Positions 31,949-44,220 of a DNA stretch of 64,000 nucleotides are shown in pieces; the first letter of the stretch is position 1, and every line of letters starts with the position of its first letter. A program made the translations under genes and the position numbers. This DNA is from a virus, in the IMG/VR virus record IMGVR_UViG_3300025276_000024, positions 50,830-114,829 of that record. One strand, given 5' to 3'. The notes beneath the pieces were generated by a model that did no database searches, was not told the DNA's origin, and worked only from the letters and a program-made list of their open reading frames with translations.

Positions 31949-32929
31949 TTAGAAGAGATCATCTTCAGTTATACTTTTACTTTTTTTATTATAGTCTACG
32001 CTTTTTTTGTAGAAGAAATCACCTTCTTTAGTTCCAGTAATTTCAATGTCAAACCACTCAGTTGATTTTAATAATTCTTGGTCAACTTTAAAGATGCTTT
32101 TCATGCCTATCTTTTCCAATGAGTTGTTAAATCTGTTTTTTATAAAATGACGTATAGTCTCTTTAGGCAAGAAACTTAATTCACCTTGTTCAAATATCCA
32201 GTCTAAAATACCACACTCTGCTTCATATGCTTTTCTACATGCAGAATCAATGAGCTCTTCAAATTCAGAATCAAACCACTCAGGATTTTCTTTTTTAATA
32301 ATATTTATAATTTCAGCACCAAAGTTTCCATGTATTTCTTCTTCCTTACTAGTAGCCTCAACAACATTAGATATACCTTTAAGTACATTTTTTTCTTTGT
32401 TAAAACTCATCATAATTAAGAACTGGCTAAATAAACTTACGTGCTCTATAAATAAAGAAAACAATAGTACGGACTTGGTATACATTTTATTGTCTCTAGA
32501 ACGTGTACCATCTAGGTATTTCTTTAGGTACTTAAGTCTACCGGCAATGGCAGGAACTTCAACAACTGATTCAAATTCTTTCTCTAAACCTAAGATCCTC
32601 AACAACCTAGCATAAGCATCTTTGTGTCTCACTTCTGATTCAGCAAAGGTAAAACCAACATCTCCAACTTCTGTAATTGGCATACGTTTATATAAATCTC
32701 CCCAAAAAGTTTTTACATTTACTTCTATTTGTGCAATAGCAAGCATAGTCTTTTTAATGACATCTTTTTCTTCATTTGATATAGTGATTTTAAAATCTTG
32801 TATATCTTCTGTAAAGTTAAATTCAGTATCAATCCAGTAAGAATGTCTAATTGCGTCTTTATAAGCTAATAGTTGTGGGTACTCATAAGGCAATATATTT
32901 ACCCGTGGTTTGAAGATGTCTTTATTCAT
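31949..32929 (-). CDS. nrdB: Ribonucleotide reductase class I beta subunit, class Id (NrdBi)-like
   Basis: Ligands E69, E99, H102, E162, E197, H200; Y106; K73; C-terminal DFFYKKSVDY. Confidence 0.93.
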   Translation of the reverse strand: MNKDIFKPRVNILPYEYPQLLAYKDAIRHSYWIDTEFNFTEDIQDFKITISNEEKDVIKKTMLAIAQIEVNVKTFWGDLYKRMPITEVGDVGFTFAESEVRHKDAYARLLRILGLEKEFESVVEVPAIAGRLKYLKKYLDGTRSRDNKMYTKSVLLFSLFIEHVSLFSQFLIMMSFNKEKNVLKGISNVVEATSKEEEIHGNFGAEIINIIKKENPEWFDSEFEELIDSACRKAYEAECGILDWIFEQGELSFLPKETIRHFIKNRFNNSLEKIGMKSIFKVDQELLKSTEWFDIEITGTKEGDFFYKKSVDYNKKSKSITEDDLF

Positions 32930-33069
32930 AAGATTAAGTTAAGGATTAAAAAGCCCCATCCTTCATAAAGAAAAATGCGGCTACGTGATGTATTTAATTT
33001 ACTAAATGCAGCTGATATATGAAAGACTTTTCTAAGTTTTGTTTTAGTTTTATCTTTCAGCAGATTTGA

Positions 33070-33077
33070 CAAAGATA
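33070..33077 (-). promoter_or_regulatory. Bacteroidota-type -7 promoter element (TATCTTTG) upstream of nrdB
   Basis: Matches TAnnTTTG on the minus strand in the divergent intergenic region. Confidence 0.5.
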
Positions 33078-33156
33078 ATATTTATATATCTTAATCAGTT
33101 GTATAAGTGACACAAAATTTGTATATTATTCATATAGCACTTTTAAAAAACAAACT

Positions 33157-33411
33157 ATGTTTAAAAAAATTATACATGTTCTCTGGACCTATAGCCTTCA
33201 GGATTACTGGAGAGCTGTTTGGTCAAGGACTTCAATTGATGAGAAAGCAGAAGCTACTCTAGTTGAAATAGTTAAGCGTTATAAACTTACAGCTGATGAA
33301 TTAGCTGATGTTGGTAAAGCAATTAAAGCTGTGGGAACTCAATTAGGACATGTCCCTAAAGCAGTTGCAGGCAAAACAAGAAAAGGCAGAAAGAAAAAGG
33401 AAATGAAATGA
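33157..33411 (+). CDS. Hypothetical protein with basic C-terminus
   Basis: ATG after A-rich leader; stop overlaps next start (ATGA). Confidence 0.6.
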   Translation: MFKKIIHVLWTYSLQDYWRAVWSRTSIDEKAEATLVEIVKRYKLTADELADVGKAIKAVGTQLGHVPKAVAGKTRKGRKKKEMK

Positions 33412-33509
33412 AAAATATTTGTTTACTTATACAATGGATAACAAGAGGTAAAGTCTGTTTAGGACATTGCCGTAAAGGAATTTGTAACAAAACCAAAAGC
33501 AATATATAA
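33408..33509 (+). CDS. Unannotated Cys-rich micro-ORF (33 aa, MKNICLLIQWITRGKVCLGHCRKGICNKTKSNI)
   Basis: ATGA coupling to the upstream gene; next ATG follows 1 nt after the stop. Confidence 0.5.
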   Translation: MKNICLLIQWITRGKVCLGHCRKGICNKTKSNI

Positions 33510-33510
33510 A

Positions 33511-33657
33511 ATGGGAGATTGGCAATTAGAAATAGCTTTTCATTGGCCACATGACAGATTTGCCCTAGGGTGGGATATCATGAGACCAGATAGTGAATAT
33601 GATTATTATACATTAAAATTATACTTATTCTTTGTAACATTTACATTGGATATTTAA
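33511..33657 (+). CDS. Unannotated small protein (48 aa, MGDWQLEIAFHWPHDRFALGWD...)
   Basis: Fills the gap exactly between tightly packed genes; aromatic beta-strand pattern. Confidence 0.55.
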   Translation: MGDWQLEIAFHWPHDRFALGWDIMRPDSEYDYYTLKLYLFFVTFTLDI

Positions 33658-33668
33658 AGCAAAAAGAA

Positions 33669-33914
33669 ATGGGTAAAAGTAGACCTAGCTTACCAAAGCA
33701 AAAGATTAGTAGACAGAAAAGCAAAATGCTTATGAGAACTGGTGGTGAACTGGAAGACATGATGCTTGGATCTGTTATAGAAAAGATGCGTAAAGGTGGA
33801 AAAGCCAAAAGAGTGGTTAAAGACTCAGAAACAGGTGGTGAAAGCATGCAAGAATATAATCTTGGTGGTGGCACCCACAATACGTATAGTGGTAAAAGCA
33901 AAAGAAAAAAATGA
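33669..33914 (+). CDS. Small basic protein with repeated xxGG motifs
   Basis: MRTGG, MRKGG, SETGG, YNLGG. Confidence 0.65.
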   Translation: MGKSRPSLPKQKISRQKSKMLMRTGGELEDMMLGSVIEKMRKGGKAKRVVKDSETGGESMQEYNLGGGTHNTYSGKSKRKK

Positions 33915-35101
33915 ATATTTTAACTGACATATTAAGTTTAATAAGACAAGGCAAGTATTCTAAAGTTGCTGAAAAAGATGATGTCTTAGTATTAGGTAAA
34001 TGGAATGAGACACCTGATATGACTGGTGTAGCTTCTCCTATTCCTTATAAAGCAGTTAAGCTTATTAAGATTAGTGACTTTAAAATAGAAGGTAAGGGAT
34101 GTATTAATGCAAATACACCTTTAGCACCTAAAGGAGATACAGCAACAGTATATCAAAAAACTGTTAATGATGAAGATACAGGAGAGTGTACAGTATTTTT
34201 CCGTACTCTTAAATCTATGAGTACTAATTTAACATTAGCATTATCAGCAGATGATGATTATGTTGAGATAGATACATCAGGAGAACCAAATCTTGCAGCT
34301 AATGCAGGAACAGGAAAAGGTGTATGGAAAGACAAAGTTGGTGAGACACTCAATTTTAAATCACTAGTTGCAGGATCTAATATTACAATAGGAGAAAGTA
34401 CTAATGAAATAACTATTTCTGGAACTGGTAGTAGTTATGTTTTACCAGCAGCAACAGCAACTACACTTGGTGGAGTTGAGTTGTTTTCAAACACAGTACA
34501 ATTAGAAGCAGCAGAAGCAGTTTCAACAATTAAAGATAGAACATATGGGCTTCAATTTAATTCATCTGGTCAAGCAGTAGTAAATGTACCATGGATTACA
34601 AGTGGTGGAACCATGAGTCAGTTTTCTGTAAACTCTGATAGTGGAATAGGAGCAACAACAATAGTTAATAATGATATTCTTTATTTAAAAGGTGGAACTG
34701 GAATTAATACAGTAGGATCTTCTCCTGATACTGTAACTTTTAATTTGGATTTGGGTTATACTAAATATGTAGCTCTTATAACTCAGCAGTTTGGTAATGC
34801 TCCTACACAAATAATATTAGAAAATAATACAGGAAGAATTTTACAATGGACACATACTAGTCCTGGACAATATAGAGCTGTATGGAAAGATGTAAACAAC
34901 CCAGGTACTGATTTAGCTTTAGTTGATATAGATAAAGCAGCACTCAGTATAGCACAAACTTTTAAAAGTGGTGCCTGTGGAGCTAATATAGTTTCTAGTA
35001 GTGTTGCTAGTTTTAATGTTATGACATTTGAAATAAGTGGTGGTGGAGTTCTTGATACTCTACTTTTAAATACACTATTAGAAATAAAAATTTATTCATA
35101 A
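33911..35101 (+). CDS. Fibre/spike-like virion protein (396 aa), paralog of 36757..38991
   Basis: LNFKSLVAGSNITI and YVLPAATATTLGGV fibre-type motifs; N- and C-terminal similarity to the 744-aa protein. Confidence 0.6.
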   Translation: MNILTDILSLIRQGKYSKVAEKDDVLVLGKWNETPDMTGVASPIPYKAVKLIKISDFKIEGKGCINANTPLAPKGDTATVYQKTVNDEDTGECTVFFRTLKSMSTNLTLALSADDDYVEIDTSGEPNLAANAGTGKGVWKDKVGETLNFKSLVAGSNITIGESTNEITISGTGSSYVLPAATATTLGGVELFSNTVQLEAAEAVSTIKDRTYGLQFNSSGQAVVNVPWITSGGTMSQFSVNSDSGIGATTIVNNDILYLKGGTGINTVGSSPDTVTFNLDLGYTKYVALITQQFGNAPTQIILENNTGRILQWTHTSPGQYRAVWKDVNNPGTDLALVDIDKAALSIAQTFKSGACGANIVSSSVASFNVMTFEISGGGVLDTLLLNTLLEIKIYS

Positions 35102-35105
35102 AACT

Positions 35106-35507
35106 ATGCCAAACTTTATAACAAAATTATTTTCAAGCGGAGCAACTAAATTAGTTGAAGGAATAGGTGGTGTCTTAGATGAACTCATTACTTCTAAAGA
35201 TGAAAAGCTAGCAGCTGAATTAAAGATAAAAGAACTGATTGTAAAACATGAAGTTGAGATGGAAAAAGAAATCTCTTCTAGGTGGTCCTCAGACATGACT
35301 AGTGATAGCTGGTTGAGTAAGAATGTAAGACCTATGGTTCTTATATTTTTAGTTGTATCAACAGTGCTTTTAGTATTTATAGATGCAGGTGTAATAGAAT
35401 TTGAAGTAAAAGATACTTGGGTAGACTTATTACAATTAGTTTTAATAACAGTTATAGGTGCCTATTTTGGTGGACGTAGTATTGAAAAGGTAAAGAAAAC
35501 AAAATAA
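35106..35507 (+). CDS. Putative holin (3TM GTA-holin-like)
   Basis: RWxxDMxSDSWLSKNVRP motif followed by two hydrophobic helices and AYFGGRSIEK. Confidence 0.7.
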   Translation: MPNFITKLFSSGATKLVEGIGGVLDELITSKDEKLAAELKIKELIVKHEVEMEKEISSRWSSDMTSDSWLSKNVRPMVLIFLVVSTVLLVFIDAGVIEFEVKDTWVDLLQLVLITVIGAYFGGRSIEKVKKTK

Positions 35508-35812
35508 TGGCAAAGAAAAATATATCACAAAATAGAGAGCGCATGTATTCATATGCTAAGGGTGGTGGGCTTAAAGGTTTCAAGAACGGTGGAGATGTTT
35601 TACAGCAAGCACAATTAGCCGGTGCTGTAAAAGCAATTGTAAAAGGTGTTAAAAAAAGTGCAAAGAAAGTTATACCTAAAATAAAAAAGGTCATTACAGA
35701 CTTAAAAGGAACAACATATGACGAAGATATGTTAAAAAACACAGGATATGCTAGACAAGTAGATCTTGATAAAGCAATTAAAAACAGAAAAATAGGAACA
35801 GGATCAAATTAA
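35507..35812 (+). CDS. Small basic protein with xxGG motifs
   Basis: YAKGG, FKNGG, AQLAG; Lys-rich. Confidence 0.6.
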   Translation: MAKKNISQNRERMYSYAKGGGLKGFKNGGDVLQQAQLAGAVKAIVKGVKKSAKKVIPKIKKVITDLKGTTYDEDMLKNTGYARQVDLDKAIKNRKIGTGSN

Positions 35813-35836
35813 TATAAATATTAAAAATTAGAAATT

Positions 35837-36064
35837 ATGGCAAAAGAATATAAAGGTAGTTACACACAAGGAGGACCAACAAGTAAAAAAATGAATTATG
35901 GTGGAGGTTTTACTGATGGTGCAGGAGATGGTGATATTACACCAAAAGATGCAATGATGCAAATGGCCAAAGGTGGTGGTTTAATGGGCTTCATGGAAGG
36001 CGGATCAGTATTAGATCCTATGATGAAAATGACTTATGGTGGTACTAAAAATAAAAATAAGTAA
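35837..36064 (+). CDS. Small protein made largely of xxGG repeats
   Basis: YTQGG, MNYGG, MAKGG, FMEGG, MTYGG within 75 aa. Confidence 0.65.
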   Translation: MAKEYKGSYTQGGPTSKKMNYGGGFTDGAGDGDITPKDAMMQMAKGGGLMGFMEGGSVLDPMMKMTYGGTKNKNK

Positions 36065-36148
36065 ATGAAAAATAGAATAACTTGTCAGTGTGGAAATACA
36101 CAAGATCCAAATGGAAATTGTGATGGCTCACATTTACTCAAAAAATAA
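36065..36148 (+). CDS. Unannotated 27-aa CDGSH-type [2Fe-2S] peptide (MKNRITCQCGNTQDPNGNCDGSHLLKK)
   Basis: ATG directly after the previous TAA; CxC...CDGSH signature; stop 5 nt before the next ATG. Confidence 0.7.
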   Translation: MKNRITCQCGNTQDPNGNCDGSHLLKK

Positions 36149-36153
36149 GAATC

Positions 36154-36387
36154 ATGGCAAAAAAAATATCATTCCCTATGCAGGGAGAAAATTTTAAGAG
36201 AGCTACTACTAATGGTTACTTCAACCCTACTTCTATTCCACAAGCATTACAAAATGCTAAGAATAAGAAAGAAGTTGCAGCAAGACAAAAGTTAGCAAAA
36301 AAAACAAATTTAAATCCACCACAAAAGTCTACTAGAGCTGCTGAGCCAGTTCAATCTATGGCTTTTAAAAGTGGATATTGTAAATAG
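36154..36387 (+). CDS. Small basic hypothetical protein
   Basis: ORF in a tightly packed late-gene run. Confidence 0.55.
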   Translation: MAKKISFPMQGENFKRATTNGYFNPTSIPQALQNAKNKKEVAARQKLAKKTNLNPPQKSTRAAEPVQSMAFKSGYCK

Positions 36388-36401
36388 ATAAATAATAAAA
36401 C

Positions 36402-36746
36402 ATGGCAACATTAACAGCACAACAAATATCACAGTCAGGCTTAAAGCCTACTACAGTAACTCCAGCAGCCGCAGGAGATCAGCTAGCTAATACAGCTATA
36501 CAGTTTTTTCATCTTGAAAATGATGGAGCTGTTTCTGTTACAGCAACCGTAGTACCAGTAGTAAAAACAGTAATAGATCCCCAGTTGGGAACTTTAGTAA
36601 AAGAGAATGCTGTTTTAATATTAGCTGCAGGTGAAGAGGGTTTTTTAGGACCTTTTGAGGTTGATGCTTTTAATGACACTTCAGGAAATATAAAAATAAC
36701 ATGTACTGTACAGACAAACGTTAAGTTGTCTGCTTTGTACCTATAA
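36402..36746 (+). CDS. Putative small beta-rich structural protein (114 aa)
   Basis: Ala/Thr/Val-rich, beta-sandwich-like pattern; sits next to a fibre gene. Confidence 0.45.
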   Translation: MATLTAQQISQSGLKPTTVTPAAAGDQLANTAIQFFHLENDGAVSVTATVVPVVKTVIDPQLGTLVKENAVLILAAGEEGFLGPFEVDAFNDTSGNIKITCTVQTNVKLSALYL

Positions 36747-36756
36747 AAAAAAGAAA

Positions 36757-38991
36757 ATGAGCATATTTATACAAGAAGTATTAAACTTACTTCAAAGAAA
36801 GAAAGTTAAAACATCAATTAATCTAAAGACAGATTACTTTGAGTTTGGAAGAAAGCAGCAAAGCACACTTAATACTGGTACTTCTTATGTTCCATCTATG
36901 GAACCATTTGCTATAAAAGCTCAGGATTTTGTATGTACAGTTACCAAAGGTCTTACAAAGACCATTGATGGATCAGGTACAGTTGATGTCTTTCCTATAT
37001 TTGCTACTACAGATGGTGTTTGTAGTTTAAAAGCATTGAAAGATAGTGTTATGACAATGAATGCTAACACAGTAACTGTTAATGCTAGTAATAAATTTTC
37101 AGCTAACTGGATTATACTTGGTGATATTTTAGAAGCAAGTGGTTCAACAGGAACAAGTGGCCAAGTATTACAAGTATCTGCTGCCGGTAAACCAGAATGG
37201 GCTACAGCATCAGGTAGTGGTACTGTTAAAGGAACAGGTACTGCTAATAATATTGCAATGTGGATAGATGCTAACACAATAGGTGATGCAGCTAAAGTAC
37301 CAATGATTGAATCAACAGCTGATAGTAAGAGCTTTTTAACTATTGGTGATGATCCAGAAACACAAACTACAATAGTAAAATCTATTTTACAGCTTGCAGG
37401 TCCAGTTTTAGATAAGTCTGGTAATCTAGGTACAGTTGGTCAAGTTTTAAAAGCAGATGGTAGTAGTAATGTAGGCTGGGCAACTCCAAGTGCACTACAA
37501 ACATATAAATTAACAGGAGATGTATCTGGTAGTACTAATTTTGCTGTTTCTTTAACTGAAAGTCCAAGTGGTGATATAGATAAAGTAGTTCTTATTGCTG
37601 GTTCTAATATTACACTTACTGACGATGGCTCTAATGGAGTAACTATTGCTTCTACTGCTGGTGGCGGTGGTGGTGGAACAGTAACAGATTTTTCTTCAAC
37701 AGTAGCTGGAGATGCATTAGATGTAACTGTATCTACCTCAACAACTACACCTGCCGCAGCATTTACATGGGCAGGATCTGAAGGACAATATATAAATGGA
37801 TTAGGAAATTTAATAACATTTCCTTCTATACCAGCTGTTAATTTTGTAAGTCTTACAACAAACAATACAAGTGGTGTAGCCACATTAGCAGCAGGTGTTT
37901 TAAATATACCTAATTATGCTAATACAGAATATACTTTAACAGTAAATGATGCAGCAGATGGTATTGCAACACTTACTGGTACTGTTTTTAACATACCTAC
38001 ACCAACTATACCTTTCAAAACCTTAACAACAAACAATACATCAGGTGCAGCTACTTTAGCTGGTGGGGTTTTAAATATTCCAAACTATGCTGTAGGTGGA
38101 GGTGGAACTGTAACTTCAGTATCATCTACTTTTGCAGGAACAGCATTCACATCAGAGGTTACTAATGCTTCAACTACTCCCGCAATTGCAATCACTGCAA
38201 ACGGAGCAAGTACTGATTATGTAAATGGAGAAGGTAACTTTATAGCTTTAAGTACATTACCTCAAGGTAGTGTAACAAGTGTTGGATTAGCAATGCCAGC
38301 AGCTTTTGCAGTTGCAGATTCACCAATAACTGGAAGCGGAACAATAACAGTATCAGGAGCAGGAGCAACAACACAATATGTAGACGGAACTGGAGCATTA
38401 CAAACATTCCCAGCAATTCCAGCAGCATTTACTGGTTGGAAACTTAATGGTGATACAGGCTCTGCACAAGAGATTTTATCTGGTGAAACTGCATCAATAC
38501 TAGGGGGTGTTGGTATATCAACTACAGCAGCTCTTACAGATAAAGTAACAGTTGATTTAGATAATACAGCTGTAACGCCAGGTACTTATACTAATACGGA
38601 ATTAACCGTAGATCAACAAGGTAGAATAACAGATGCAAAAAGTGGAGATGCTTCTATACCATATTTAACTTATGTGGCTCTATGGAATGTTGTGAAAGGT
38701 GTTGGATTTACTATAAAGGTATTAGAAAACACTACCGGTTTAACTTTTGCATGGAGTGATAATAATTTAGGTACACTTAATATAACTCCAAGTGGAACAC
38801 TAGAAGGTTATGAAGAAGTATGGGTATTAGTTAATGGTTCATGTGGAACTAGAGAACTTCCAGCACAAGTCTTCTTTAAAGAAATAGTTGGAGGTAAAGT
38901 AGCCTTGGAAGTTTTAGATAAAGATTTTAATTTACAAAATTATGGTGTTAATGATGGTAACGTTGAATTAAGATACTATAAAGCTAAATAA
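36757..38991 (+). CDS. Fibre-like virion protein (744 aa) with internal repeats
   Basis: Gly/Thr/Ser-rich; repeats GTVTSV, GT(S/V)GQVL, LTTNNTSGxATLAxGVLNIPNYA, YxNGxGNxIxF; TVDQQGRIT fibre motif. Confidence 0.7.
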   Translation: MSIFIQEVLNLLQRKKVKTSINLKTDYFEFGRKQQSTLNTGTSYVPSMEPFAIKAQDFVCTVTKGLTKTIDGSGTVDVFPIFATTDGVCSLKALKDSVMTMNANTVTVNASNKFSANWIILGDILEASGSTGTSGQVLQVSAAGKPEWATASGSGTVKGTGTANNIAMWIDANTIGDAAKVPMIESTADSKSFLTIGDDPETQTTIVKSILQLAGPVLDKSGNLGTVGQVLKADGSSNVGWATPSALQTYKLTGDVSGSTNFAVSLTESPSGDIDKVVLIAGSNITLTDDGSNGVTIASTAGGGGGGTVTDFSSTVAGDALDVTVSTSTTTPAAAFTWAGSEGQYINGLGNLITFPSIPAVNFVSLTTNNTSGVATLAAGVLNIPNYANTEYTLTVNDAADGIATLTGTVFNIPTPTIPFKTLTTNNTSGAATLAGGVLNIPNYAVGGGGTVTSVSSTFAGTAFTSEVTNASTTPAIAITANGASTDYVNGEGNFIALSTLPQGSVTSVGLAMPAAFAVADSPITGSGTITVSGAGATTQYVDGTGALQTFPAIPAAFTGWKLNGDTGSAQEILSGETASILGGVGISTTAALTDKVTVDLDNTAVTPGTYTNTELTVDQQGRITDAKSGDASIPYLTYVALWNVVKGVGFTIKVLENTTGLTFAWSDNNLGTLNITPSGTLEGYEEVWVLVNGSCGTRELPAQVFFKEIVGGKVALEVLDKDFNLQNYGVNDGNVELRYYKAK
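37852..38090 (+). repeat. Intragenic tandem repeat unit (LTTNNTSGxATLAxGVLNIPNYA, about three degenerate copies)
   Basis: acaacaaacaataca...gcagcaggtgttttaaatatacctaattatgct versus acaacaaacaataca...gctggtggggttttaaatattccaaactatgct, with a degenerate copy between. Confidence 0.7.
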
Positions 38992-38994
38992 ACT

Positions 38995-39387
38995 TTATAT
39001 CTGATCATTGACATTACGATTTCTATTATACTGTTCAACTGCATAGTCTTTATAGTATTGTGAATCTTCATTAAGAGGTTTGTTTTCTTCTAATTCCTTT
39101 TGTAGGCAGGCAAGTGCACGCCAAGCTACTTTAGCAGTATGACGAATTCCATCCTCATCAACGGTCCCGGCATCAATAAGATGTCTAGTCAATGCATCAA
39201 AATCATCATTGGATTTATTACGATCCCAATGTAGTGGTTTATCAGGATGATGTTGTTTATTCCCTTGTAACGAAACACGTGCTATTTCCATTATAGCATC
39301 TGGGAAGTATTTTAGTACACCAGAAAATACTGGGGTATCTTTTCTATCTTTAGCTTTATTCATAAATATCCATTCTTTTTTTATCAT
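38995..39387 (-). CDS. dATP/dGTP diphosphohydrolase-like protein (DUF5664)
   Basis: FPDAIMEIARVSLQGNKQH...HW...DALTRHL...D.DGIRHTAKVAWRALA pattern. Confidence 0.75.
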   Translation of the reverse strand: MIKKEWIFMNKAKDRKDTPVFSGVLKYFPDAIMEIARVSLQGNKQHHPDKPLHWDRNKSNDDFDALTRHLIDAGTVDEDGIRHTAKVAWRALACLQKELEENKPLNEDSQYYKDYAVEQYNRNRNVNDQI

Positions 39388-39473
39388 TTTAATTTTGCAT
39401 TACAATTTAGACATTTTAATTTAGGTAAGAGGTTATGTACTCCACAAGCTTTACATTGTATGTGTTTTTCCAC
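39384..39473 (-). CDS. Unannotated 29-aa zinc-ribbon peptide (GTG start; MEKHIQCKACGVHNLLPKLKCLNCNAKLK)
   Basis: CxxC-x10-CxxC; stop overlaps the DUF5664 ATG (ATGA). Confidence 0.5.
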   Translation of the reverse strand: MEKHIQCKACGVHNLLPKLKCLNCNAKLK

Positions 39474-39589
39474 TTTGAATCTTTTTTATAAGGTTTATTT
39501 ATAAGGGGAGCCAGAACCCAAGAATACAAAAACTCAGGTCCCGGTTGGTTACTCCTTACTTATTTAAGTTGTTATGACTGCTTATATAT

Positions 39590-39626
39590 AAGAAAAAGAT
39601 AGCTAATAAGAATACTATAGCTATCT
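39590..39626 (-). terminator. Terminator after the DUF932 gene
   Basis: AGATAGCTA...TAGCTATCT inverted repeat followed by TTTTCTT on the minus strand. Confidence 0.5.
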
Positions 39627-40502
39627 TCACCAATCACTATCTAAAAATACATTTTCAATTAATTGTGTATCTGTAATGTCTTCATCAACTTCCACAACTT
39701 CAACTTCTGTCTCACTAGAAACTTTAGTTTTTTCATTCATTACTTTACCGTGTACAGTTGTACTTAGGCATTCAGCAACAATAAAATCATGAAAGTTTTG
39801 ACTATCAGATAACCAGTATCTTGGATGGGCCTTCTTTAAAGCATGTGTAACATGATTATAAAATGTCCAACAATTATCTGGATCAGTACCATAATGAAAA
39901 GATGGCTTTTCTAATTCAGCTTTAATAATAGATGTTTGTTGAGAATCAATAAGTTCTTCCTGGACAAACATTCTACCTACTAGTTCTGCTTGTTCTCTTT
40001 GTGTAAGTTCAACACACTTCATAGCATCTCTATCTTTCAGTATACGTTTATAATACTTCTCAGCATTTTTAACTTGATCTGAAATATTCATATGACAATC
40101 TAAATTAGCAGTGCCAGTATGCTTTCTTTTGAAATTCATCATGTCTCCGGCAATCATACCATTATAACATACTCTAACATAGGCCCCAATTGCGCATTGG
40201 AATTTAGCTAGTTTATTATATGAATTGGTCCAGGCAAACATCATACCCATTTCTGTTTCATTAATGATATTTTCATCATCACTTCTACTTGGATAGATAT
40301 GATATATACCCTGTGCAATCTGGGCATTCATGTTTGCTCTATATATTTCTCTTTGAACAGTAAATCCACTCTTCTTGAGTAGCTTTAAAGTATTGTCAAT
40401 CACTTCTTTATGAGTAACAACTGTATATGTCTTACCGTGATTTGGTAAGGGTGCATTTTCTAAATAAGACCTGGTGGTCTCTGATGGTTTTTTATGTCCC
40501 AT
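39627..40502 (-). CDS. DUF932-family protein
   Basis: TYTVVTHKEVI...NSYNK...GAYVRVCYNGM...KHTG...WTFYNHVTHALK pattern. Confidence 0.7.
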   Translation of the reverse strand: MGHKKPSETTRSYLENAPLPNHGKTYTVVTHKEVIDNTLKLLKKSGFTVQREIYRANMNAQIAQGIYHIYPSRSDDENIINETEMGMMFAWTNSYNKLAKFQCAIGAYVRVCYNGMIAGDMMNFKRKHTGTANLDCHMNISDQVKNAEKYYKRILKDRDAMKCVELTQREQAELVGRMFVQEELIDSQQTSIIKAELEKPSFHYGTDPDNCWTFYNHVTHALKKAHPRYWLSDSQNFHDFIVAECLSTTVHGKVMNEKTKVSSETEVEVVEVDEDITDTQLIENVFLDSDW

Positions 40503-40568
40503 ATTATAAACTTTTAAGGTGTAAATATAATAAATTAATCTGACACAGCAAATTTATTATAATAAAAA

Positions 40569-44196
<3,628 letters not shown>

Positions 44197-44220
44197 ATTT
44201 ATCTTCTAATTTTTATAGCC

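Noticed and set aside
37400-38420. CRISPR array or DGR template/variable repeats
   Set aside because: Repeats are in-frame, degenerate at synonymous positions and not adenine-specific; no reverse transcriptase or cas genes in the window.
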